This document shows, piece by piece, positions 29,639 to 36,503 of a stretch of DNA of 64,000 nucleotides (positions within the stretch are counted from its first letter, which is position 1; every line of letters begins with the position of its first letter). The notes below the pieces were generated by a model, which saw only the letters and a program-made list of their open reading frames with translations, had not been told where the DNA came from and did not search any database. Origin of the DNA: a virus. The stretch lies in the IMG/VR virus record IMGVR_UViG_3300015171_000001, positions 1 through 64,000 of that record, one strand, 5' to 3'. A program made the translations under genes and the position numbers.

Positions 29639-30961
29639 CTAAACAGTACAAATCTTAAACATATTATATAATAATACATTGGATTTAATACTATTTAAAC
29701 TAAAAACTTTAAATAATTTTGTGTTTAAAGAAATTCGGTATCTGATTTCCGACTTTTTTAAGATTTGGCTAAATTCCTTCCAAGATTCGACAACACTTCC
29801 GAGAACGATATTCTTCCGACGACACCACTCTCGAATTAATTGTTGATCAAACTTCGGATAAAATTTATCCTTCTTTTTTTGAATGTAACATTCAAATCCT
29901 CTTCTTCCAATTTCTATTGAAGCAGAAATTGGATCAAATTCTTCATAATTAATATTTCCTATTAAACTACTATAACACGGATTAATTTCTACTAATTTTA
30001 AATTGTAAATATTGCACCATTTTGTTAAATTATTTAAAAATAATCCTTTTAACCATTTACTCTGACATAATCTATTTAATTCTTTGCAAGGTAAATTTTT
30101 ATTAAAACTTAGAGATTCTACAGAAATATTTCCAACATGAAAAGATTTACATTTTGTGATTATGTCTTTTATAATCTGGTAATATTCATGTTTTAATTTA
30201 TTATGTAAATATTTTGATTTTTTGTGTGAAGAACTTTCTTCACTTTTTATAGTTAATTTGGAAAGATCATAACAAAATTTGTGAATAATTTTTTGGTTAT
30301 TATTTTTATCAAATTCTAAAATAGAACAACCGATATAATTTGGATTTAAATCTATTCCAAGAATCCTGTTAGATTTTGTTTTAAATTGTTCGTGTAATTT
30401 TAATATTGTTTCATCATAACCAACACAAATATGAGTTTTAGAAATCATAATAGAATAAGATAACAAATTTTGTTGACTCAATTCATTTATTTTATTAAGT
30501 AATTTATTATAATTTTTGCTTAAATTTGGTAGTTTTAAATTAATATGTTCTTTTCTATTTAATTTAAATATTATTTGATTATTTTTAAGTTCAAATTTAA
30601 AATATCTATTTCCTCGAACTTTAAGTTCTCCTTGTAAATTTAGTGGAGATAATTTATTTTCTCGAAATTGTTCTTTAGTTATTTTATTCTTACATCTTTG
30701 TAAAAAATTAAACTTTCCTCCAAATATAATTTTCTTATCTTTATGTTTAGAAAACATAAATTTTGCATCACAAATTGCATAAAGTTGTATTCTTTTGGAT
30801 AATAAATTAATATTTTTAAGATTAGAAACAAATTTTTCTATTTCTTTTTGGCTTAAGTTTTCCTGAAATCTATTAAACGCAAAATGAATAGCATTATTAT
30901 ATTGTTTCAATAATAGACTAAAATCATAATCTGAAGAATATGGAATTTTAATGGTTTGCAC
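29639..30961 (-). CDS. tnpB: TnpB RNA-guided nuclease (variant without Zn finger)
   Basis: RuvC-I LGIDLNP, RuvC-II SVESL, NPCYSS..G, RuvC-III DPISASIEIGRR; GTG start overlapping tnpA. Confidence 0.85.
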   Translation of the reverse strand: MQTIKIPYSSDYDFSLLLKQYNNAIHFAFNRFQENLSQKEIEKFVSNLKNINLLSKRIQLYAICDAKFMFSKHKDKKIIFGGKFNFLQRCKNKITKEQFRENKLSPLNLQGELKVRGNRYFKFELKNNQIIFKLNRKEHINLKLPNLSKNYNKLLNKINELSQQNLLSYSIMISKTHICVGYDETILKLHEQFKTKSNRILGIDLNPNYIGCSILEFDKNNNQKIIHKFCYDLSKLTIKSEESSSHKKSKYLHNKLKHEYYQIIKDIITKCKSFHVGNISVESLSFNKNLPCKELNRLCQSKWLKGLFLNNLTKWCNIYNLKLVEINPCYSSLIGNINYEEFDPISASIEIGRRGFECYIQKKKDKFYPKFDQQLIREWCRRKNIVLGSVVESWKEFSQILKKSEIRYRISLNTKLFKVFSLNSIKSNVLLYNMFKICTV

Positions 30962-31553
30962 TTAATAATTCTTTTTTAATTTTATTTAATTTTCTTCTTT
31001 GAGAATACATTTTAGTAGAAAAATGATGGATAATACTGACTAAATCTTCCACCATTTCTTGTTCATTGGTTTTATTTTGAATTGTATTATTAATAACTAA
31101 AATTTTTGTGCCAAAATACTTAAAAATATTTTCTAATAATTCAAATCCAAATCTTACCAATCTATCTTTATTTTCAACAATAATTAATTCAATTTTTCCA
31201 TTAATAACATCTTGTAATAAGTTATTAAAATTGTTTCTATCAAAATTCATTCCGCTTTTTATGTCTTCGTACTGAACATCTATTTTTATATTATTAGAAA
31301 TACACCAATTATAAATTCTATTTGTTTGTTCCTTTAATTGAGCTTTTCTATCTCCCGAAGAAACTCTGGAATAAGAAATATTTATTTTTTCCTTTTTTTC
31401 TTTTTTTAATCCGATAATTTTATAAACATCATCATCATTATAGATGTAATGATTATTATTAATTTTATTAAATTTAATAAGGCCAGATTTAATATAATTG
31501 TGCAAAGTTTGATGGGTTATTCCAAGAATTTTCTTTACTTCTTTTGCTTTCAT
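30948..31553 (-). CDS. tnpA: IS607 serine transposase (MerR-type HTH + serine recombinase)
   Basis: KKILGITHQTLHNY HTH; YSRVSS; DIKSGMNFDR; KDRLVRFGFEL; EDLVSIIHHFS. Confidence 0.93.
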   Translation of the reverse strand: MKAKEVKKILGITHQTLHNYIKSGLIKFNKINNNHYIYNDDDVYKIIGLKKEKKEKINISYSRVSSGDRKAQLKEQTNRIYNWCISNNIKIDVQYEDIKSGMNFDRNNFNNLLQDVINGKIELIIVENKDRLVRFGFELLENIFKYFGTKILVINNTIQNKTNEQEMVEDLVSIIHHFSTKMYSQRRKLNKIKKELLSANH

Positions 31554-31628
31554 TATTAATAAGTATAAATAACTTTATTAAAAAATCAATTATTTTTAAT
31601 ACTTTTATATAATAATGAAACTTTTGTC

Positions 31629-31657
31629 TTGACATTTATAAAAAATGTGGATATAAT
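31629..31657 (+). promoter_or_regulatory. Sigma70 consensus promoter, leaderless
   Basis: TTGACA-17-TATAAT, then 6 nt to ATG 31664. Confidence 0.8.
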
Positions 31658-31663
31658 TAATAA

Positions 31664-31888
31664 ATGAGCGAAAATTTATACATAATTGATTGGAAGGAGT
31701 TCCCAAAAAAGTCATCTGTCCAAAAATTGACAAATAATAGAACTGGAAAGACTTATATCAGATCAACTTCTTTAGATGAAGCTTCTATTGAATTTAATAG
31801 AGTCTTTCCATATAGAAAGTTGCTTACTATTGTAAAGGAAGAAAAAGAAATTTTGCCAGAAATTCCAGATACATTAGAATCTGAATGA
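31664..31888 (+). CDS. Hypothetical protein
   Basis: 74-aa ORF downstream of the consensus promoter. Confidence 0.65.
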   Translation: MSENLYIIDWKEFPKKSSVQKLTNNRTGKTYIRSTSLDEASIEFNRVFPYRKLLTIVKEEKEILPEIPDTLESE

Positions 31889-31972
31889 GTTGTATTTATC
31901 AATATATCCGTATTATTTGATAATATTGGCATACTTTGTGCTTAATATTAATTGATAATAAAGGAGATAAAT

Positions 31973-32164
31973 ATGACTATAGAAAAAACATTCGTAATTA
32001 ATTCATCAGATGATTCTATGGATAAATTAAAATCGTACTTCGCAGAAGGATTCGTTGTGGCTAAAAAAGAATTTTTGGGAGTAGATGTGTATGGTAGAAT
32101 TAATAAATTGGTGACTATTAAAAAAAATAGTTCCGTAAATTATAAATTTTTGAGCGAAGCTTGA
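31973..32164 (+). CDS. Small hypothetical protein
   Basis: AAGGAG Shine-Dalgarno 6 nt before ATG 31973 (MTIEKTFVINSS...). Confidence 0.6.
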   Translation: MTIEKTFVINSSDDSMDKLKSYFAEGFVVAKKEFLGVDVYGRINKLVTIKKNSSVNYKFLSEA

Positions 32165-32172
32165 TTATTTGT

Positions 32173-32232
32173 TTGACAATTTTTAGTAAATAGAATATAG
32201 TTATTATTACGATAGTTGATCTTTGATAGAAA
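32173..32232 (+). promoter_or_regulatory. Promoter plus boxA-like leader of the first tRNA unit
   Basis: TTGACA-17-TATAGT (32173-32201), then GTTGATCTTTGATAGAAA just before the tRNA. Confidence 0.7.
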
Positions 32233-32236
32233 ATAT

Positions 32237-32331
32237 GGGTTCGTAGTGTAATTGGTAAGCACAAACAGATTTATATCCTGTGCGCCCCTGAATAGGGCTT
32301 AGCCTCGGTTCAATTCCGAGCGAACCTACCA
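32237..32331 (+). tRNA. tRNA-Ile(UAU) with long variable arm
   Basis: Acceptor GGGTTCG/CGAACCT-A-CCA; D arm GTGT/GCAC; anticodon arm ACAGA-TT-TAT-AT-CCTGT; V arm GCCC/GGGC; T arm CTCGG-TTCAATT-CCGAG. Confidence 0.85.
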
Positions 32332-32349
32332 TCCATAGTGGAAAAGATT

Positions 32350-32410
32350 TTGCTAGTTTGTTAAAATTGATATATAATTATCAATATGTTAGGTTGATCT
32401 TTGATAGAAA
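32350..32410 (+). promoter_or_regulatory. Second promoter plus identical boxA-like leader
   Basis: TTGCTA-17-TATAAT (32350-32378); GTTGATCTTTGATAGAAA at 32393-32410. Confidence 0.65.
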
Positions 32411-32416
32411 TTACAT

Positions 32417-32493
32417 CGCGGGAAAGACAAAAAGTTGAGTCGCTTCGCTCATAACGAAGAAATAGGGTCTTGGTGCAATTCCCCCTCCCGCAA
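32417..32493 (+). tRNA. tRNA-fMet-like (CAU), atypical
   Basis: Acceptor CGCGGGA/TCCCGCA with C1:A72 mismatch; anticodon arm CTTCG-CT-CAT-AA-CGAAG; T stem forms only with a TCTT bulge; 3' end reads TCA, not CCA. Confidence 0.7.
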
Positions 32494-32498
32494 TCATA

Positions 32499-32584
32499 AA
32501 GATACACACAGCAATCCAAAAAATATGGAAAGATAGAAGAAATTCTATCAAAACTCATGAAGGAGTCTAAACTGATGTATCTTG
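32499..32584 (+). ncRNA. Candidate cloverleaf-like structured RNA (ACAGCAA motif)
   Basis: Closing stem AAGATACA/TGTATCTT encloses three hairpins, one of them GATAGAA-GAAA-TTCTATC; lies between tRNAs. Confidence 0.55.
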
Positions 32585-32591
32585 TTTTTAT

Positions 32592-32664
32592 GCGATTGGT
32601 AGTTTAATTAGAATATCTATCTACCAGATAGAAGAATGTGGCTCTAATCCACACCAACGCTCCA
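32592..32664 (+). tRNA. tRNA-Gly-like with ACC anticodon (atypical or pseudo)
   Basis: GCG(A)TTGG/CCAACGC-T-CCA; anticodon arm TCTAT-CT-ACC-AG-ATAGA; T arm TGTGG-CTCTAAT-CCACA; D loop lacks GG. Confidence 0.65.
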
Positions 32665-32674
32665 GTTTTTCGCA

Positions 32675-32782
32675 GGACATTATACATGACGAGATATGAA
32701 AATAGGTGTAATGTCCCAGATAGGAGAGGTCAACGCTTAACATATTTTCTTGTTCTCGTTAAGTTTGTCATTGACCTCTCCT
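32675..32782 (+). ncRNA. Candidate two-hairpin kissing-loop/pseudoknot RNA
   Basis: 11-bp stem 32675-32685/32706-32716 and perfect 12-bp stem 32722-32733/32771-32782, with mutually complementary loops. Confidence 0.5.
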
Positions 32783-32799
32783 TTAAAATAACATATAAT
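32771..32799 (+). promoter_or_regulatory. Sigma70-like promoter, leaderless
   Basis: TTGACC-17-TATAAT, then 6 nt to ATG 32806. Confidence 0.7.
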
Positions 32800-32805
32800 A
32801 TTAAA

Positions 32806-33066
32806 ATGAAATTAAAAGAAGCTGATGATAAGTTGTCCATGTATTTAATGCAACAAGAATGGTTACACAACCAAATTTCCAAATTATCAAATAAAATGGA
32901 AAAAACAAAAACATTAAATAGTTCTGATAGAAAGAAATTTAAGGAACTTTATGCCAGATTGCATTCTTTCAATAAAGAAATTGATAGTTTTATGTTAGAG
33001 AATTTTCAAACATCAAATATTAATGAAGTTAAAAAAGAAATAAAGAACATTTCAAGAGATATTTAG
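32806..33066 (+). CDS. Hypothetical coiled-coil protein
   Basis: Start moved from 32638 to ATG 32806 (MKLKEADDK) because the upstream part overlaps RNA genes. Confidence 0.65.
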   Translation: MKLKEADDKLSMYLMQQEWLHNQISKLSNKMEKTKTLNSSDRKKFKELYARLHSFNKEIDSFMLENFQTSNINEVKKEIKNISRDI

Positions 33067-33076
33067 ATTTGTTAAT

Positions 33077-33367
33077 ATGGCCACTCAGGAATTCAATTTT
33101 ATCATCTCTAACCAAAATTTAGAGTCGAATAAGGATTTGATATCATTTTTGTTTAATGATGATCCTATAGAGTTTTTAGAGCCAACAATGACCATGTGGG
33201 ATATTTTAGTTAAATGTGAGATATTTCAAAGCAAGTCACAAGCAAGAAAAGATCCAAAATGGACATCTTCTACTATTCCAGAAGGATTTAATATATTTGC
33301 TCTTGGAAAATTAAAGCATAAAATATATATTTGGAATCCAATTAATTATGAAAATTTTATGTATTAG
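33077..33367 (+). CDS. Small S4-like RNA-binding protein
   Basis: WDILVKCEIFQSKSQARK resembles the S4 motif of the TyrRS C-terminal domain. Confidence 0.5.
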   Translation: MATQEFNFIISNQNLESNKDLISFLFNDDPIEFLEPTMTMWDILVKCEIFQSKSQARKDPKWTSSTIPEGFNIFALGKLKHKIYIWNPINYENFMY

Positions 33368-34142
33368 TGATATTCATCTTAGGCGAGAAATGTTTAGTAA
33401 TAAACTTCAAAAGATTTACAATCCCGATTTAACGATATTTTTAGGAGATTATTTTGATAATTGGCCAGAGACACATAAGCAAACAGAAAAGACTGCCATC
33501 GAATTAGCATGGTCATTACAGCAACCCAACAGAATTCATTTAATTGGCAATCACGATGCTTTTTATGCTTCTGGTGGAAAATATGCATTTGAGTGTAGTG
33601 GATTTACTCATCAAAAATTAGAAATTATAAATGATTATATCTCTCAAAAAATGTGGCAAGAACAATTTAAATTGGTTCATATAATAGATAATATTATATT
33701 TTCACATGCAGGATTATCAGAAGCAATTTGGTTTTGTCCATTTGTTAAAGATATTAAAAAATATATTTATGACAAAGAAGAACTTGCTATGAAATCTCTT
33801 TTGACTGGAGAAGAAGTCCCTCAATTATATGCAAGTTATCTTCGCGGAGATTATCGACGAAAATTAGGACATGCTGGTTGTACATGGATGGATTGGAAAG
33901 AATTTTCTTTGGTTGAAGATTATATACAAATTGTTGGTCATAGCAAAGGAACTGATGTAAAATTAAATATGAAAAACAAAAATACTTTTAATTTCTGTTT
34001 AGATACGAAAAATAACCACGTATTAACCATTGATACAGATAAAAAAGAATTTTTAGTGCATGATAACCACGAATATTTAAAAAATCCTAGAAATAAATCT
34101 TTAAAAGACTGTGTCACTGGAAGAAATATATTTTCTCTATAA
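33348..34142 (+). CDS. Calcineurin-like metallophosphoesterase
   Basis: SDIH, LGDYFD, IGNHD, FSHAG, VGHS. Confidence 0.9.
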   Translation: MKILCISDIHLRREMFSNKLQKIYNPDLTIFLGDYFDNWPETHKQTEKTAIELAWSLQQPNRIHLIGNHDAFYASGGKYAFECSGFTHQKLEIINDYISQKMWQEQFKLVHIIDNIIFSHAGLSEAIWFCPFVKDIKKYIYDKEELAMKSLLTGEEVPQLYASYLRGDYRRKLGHAGCTWMDWKEFSLVEDYIQIVGHSKGTDVKLNMKNKNTFNFCLDTKNNHVLTIDTDKKEFLVHDNHEYLKNPRNKSLKDCVTGRNIFSL

Positions 34143-34172
34143 AAATGAATATAATTAAATTCTTAATCAATC

Positions 34173-34352
34173 ATGAAAAAAACAAATTGTAAAGAAGATT
34201 ATAATTTATCTAACAGAGAAAAATCGCAATCTCCAAGAAAAGTTTATTTGTGGTGTGATTGTGATATGAATATGGTGGCACCATATCAAAAATGTTCGGT
34301 TTGTGGAAACAGAGTAGGAAAATTCAGACTCAAGCGAGATTCTAATTCTTAA
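34173..34352 (+). CDS. Small zinc-ribbon protein (59 aa)
   Basis: MKKTNCKEDY...WCDCD...KCSVCG...DSNS*. Confidence 0.55.
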   Translation: MKKTNCKEDYNLSNREKSQSPRKVYLWCDCDMNMVAPYQKCSVCGNRVGKFRLKRDSNS

Positions 34353-34393
34353 TTAATATTTACATTCCCCAGATAAAATTCCAATAAAAATTC

Positions 34394-34422
34394 TTTACAT
34401 TTTATAAAAATCGTGATATATT
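34394..34422 (+). promoter_or_regulatory. Sigma70-like promoter, leaderless
   Basis: TTTACA-17-TATATT, then 6 nt to ATG 34429; spacer sequence similar to those at 28510 and 31629. Confidence 0.6.
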
Positions 34423-34428
34423 AATTAA

Positions 34429-34878
34429 ATGATTAAATCTTTGTTTAAATATATGTTCAATATTGTTGAGGATCAAATCGATCCTACATATGAAATAACT
34501 ATTCCCACAAATAAGTGTTTTTATAAAGTAACTTTTATAGATGACTCGTTGTTTGAAAATTGGATAGAGCCCACCATAGATGAAAATTATATTTATTCTG
34601 GACTACATCACGCAAATAATATGCTCCTTTCAGATGAACAATTTTATAAAGTGTCTGGTACTTCTGTAAATTACCCAAAAAGTTCAATTAAAAATATATT
34701 TTTACACACATTGCCATTAAATGTACAAATGACAGTTAAAAAGTCCGATCTATACATTTATATAGATGGAAAAAAGAAGCCACTTTCTAACTTTGATAAG
34801 AAGGAAATTCCAATAAATATTCCATCAGATATAGTAAATTCAATTTCTTTTTGTATAAACCACATTGGAAATAGTTAA
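34429..34878 (+). CDS. Hypothetical protein
   Basis: 149-aa ORF downstream of the promoter. Confidence 0.65.
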   Translation: MIKSLFKYMFNIVEDQIDPTYEITIPTNKCFYKVTFIDDSLFENWIEPTIDENYIYSGLHHANNMLLSDEQFYKVSGTSVNYPKSSIKNIFLHTLPLNVQMTVKKSDLYIYIDGKKKPLSNFDKKEIPINIPSDIVNSISFCINHIGNS

Positions 34879-35771
34879 ATTAGAATTCTATTCATTATCT
34901 CTTCTACATTTCCATTTTTATAAAAATATTGACTTTTATAAACTGCGGTCAAAACTTTAGTAATTTGTTCTTCTGTTGATTTATTATCTATTTTATTTGA
35001 TAAAATAATACCTTCTCCAATAGATATTGTTGGGACTCCTAATATTAAACTCTGATATAGACTTGTGGAATTAATGCCATATACCAATTTTGCTTTACTG
35101 GCTAATTTCATAAAAGCATCATTAGATTCTTTATAAGACAAATTAATATCCATTACAAATTTATTTTTAGATAACTTCTTATACTTTTTATAATTTTTAA
35201 AATCTCGTGGATGTATTTTATATATTATTTTTTCATTTTCAAATTTTTCCTCGCAGTGTTTTATAAAGTCTGTCATTTTTAAAAATGGTGAATGTAATTT
35301 GATACTACAGTCCCATTCCATTTGTGTGGGAATTAGAATATAATCTTGAGGGGAAATAATATAATCTTTCACATATTCTTTTTGAAAATATTTAAATTCA
35401 TTAATATCTGTTTGAGATACCCACGATATATCTTTACAGAGAGAAGATTTTCCAATGATGCCCTGTGGGTCAATCTGAACAGTTTCGTCCTGTGGCAAGA
35501 ATCCTGATTCAAAATAGAGGGTCTTCTTACTTAATTGCTCACAAGCAAAACGACAATTGATTATTTCTTCTCTAGATCCATTATACACAATACAGATGTC
35601 GTATGAAGTTATCAATTTTTTCCACTGATTTGTTGTTAATTTATTTCCACAACAAAAATCTACCGAATAGTTTTTATCTATGAAGTATTTTACATGGGGC
35701 AGGGTTTTATAATATTTGCTTCCATATAATGAAGTTATTTCATCTAACCAATGACAGTACAAAATTTTCAT
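34875..35771 (-). CDS. KpsS/KpsC-like (Capsule_synth) glycosyltransferase
   Basis: VYNG, FESGFLP...IDPQG, PTQMEWD, YKIHP, INSTSLYQSLILGVP. Confidence 0.75.
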   Translation of the reverse strand: MKILYCHWLDEITSLYGSKYYKTLPHVKYFIDKNYSVDFCCGNKLTTNQWKKLITSYDICIVYNGSREEIINCRFACEQLSKKTLYFESGFLPQDETVQIDPQGIIGKSSLCKDISWVSQTDINEFKYFQKEYVKDYIISPQDYILIPTQMEWDCSIKLHSPFLKMTDFIKHCEEKFENEKIIYKIHPRDFKNYKKYKKLSKNKFVMDINLSYKESNDAFMKLASKAKLVYGINSTSLYQSLILGVPTISIGEGIILSNKIDNKSTEEQITKVLTAVYKSQYFYKNGNVEEIMNRILI

Positions 35772-35924
35772 TAAAATATTAAAATAAATTTATTTTTTAT
35801 TAAATTTCAAATATATATTGAATAGAAATTAAATCAACAGGGTTTAATTTCCATTTATGCCAACAAGAGTTGGGTAAATTTTAATATAAATTGTGTGCCA
35901 TATTGGACATAATAGGAGATAGAA

Positions 35925-36434
35925 ATGAGTACAAAGACAATAGTAAGTCATCCAAGAAATGACTTTAAATATAATGCAGTTCCATATAAATCATTCGATT
36001 CAATATTTGAATCATTTGATAAAATATTCGAGACTGCTTTTCGAGATTCTTTTCCAGAGTTTGAAAAGAGTTTTGGTTTTAGTTCAATAACAAATCAAGC
36101 TTATCCAAAAGTAGATATTATTGATTATCCAGAAAAAGTAGTAATCAAATCAGAAATTCATGGAATTGATAAGAAGGATATTAAAGTAACTTTAGAAAAA
36201 GGTTATTTAACCATATCTGGAAATAAACAAGATTCAGTTAAATCTGATGAAAAAGATGACGGAAAATATATTAGACGAGAAATTAAAAAGTCTTCTTTTT
36301 CCAGATCATTTACATTAGATGATCGTTTTGATGAATCTTCTATAAAAGCCGATCATAAAGATGGTATTCTATCGATAACCGTAAAGAAAAAGGTTATTTT
36401 AGAAGATCCTGTAAAAGTGATTAACATAGAATAA
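35925..36434 (+). CDS. Small heat shock protein (Hsp20)
   Basis: YPKVDI, LTISG, SFSRSFTL, IKADHKDGILSI; AGGAG Shine-Dalgarno. Confidence 0.93.
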   Translation: MSTKTIVSHPRNDFKYNAVPYKSFDSIFESFDKIFETAFRDSFPEFEKSFGFSSITNQAYPKVDIIDYPEKVVIKSEIHGIDKKDIKVTLEKGYLTISGNKQDSVKSDEKDDGKYIRREIKKSSFSRSFTLDDRFDESSIKADHKDGILSITVKKKVILEDPVKVINIE

Positions 36435-36444
36435 TCAAAATATT

Positions 36445-36479
36445 AAAGGCACAGTTGAAATATACTGTGCCTTTGTTTT
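36445..36479 (+). terminator. Rho-independent terminator
   Basis: AAAGGCACAGT-8 nt-ACTGTGCCTTT followed by GTTTT. Confidence 0.85.
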
Positions 36480-36503
36480 ATTTAGTAATTAATAGTTATA
36501 TAG

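Larger units (their letters stand above)
29620..31632 (-). mobile_element. IS607-family insertion sequence (TnpA + TnpB)
   Basis: Overlapping tnpA-tnpB pair on the opposite strand to the neighbouring genes; flanked by AACTTTTGT(G/C)TTGA at 29620-29633 and 31619-31632. Confidence 0.85.

Noticed and set aside
29639-30961. Cas12f/Cas14 CRISPR effector
   Set aside because: Directly coupled to an IS607 serine transposase with no CRISPR array nearby, so it is a TnpB.
32361-32805. ORF 32361..32558 (-) and the 5' extension 32638..32805
   Set aside because: They overlap tRNA/ncRNA genes; a promoter and ATG at 32806 explain the real CDS.
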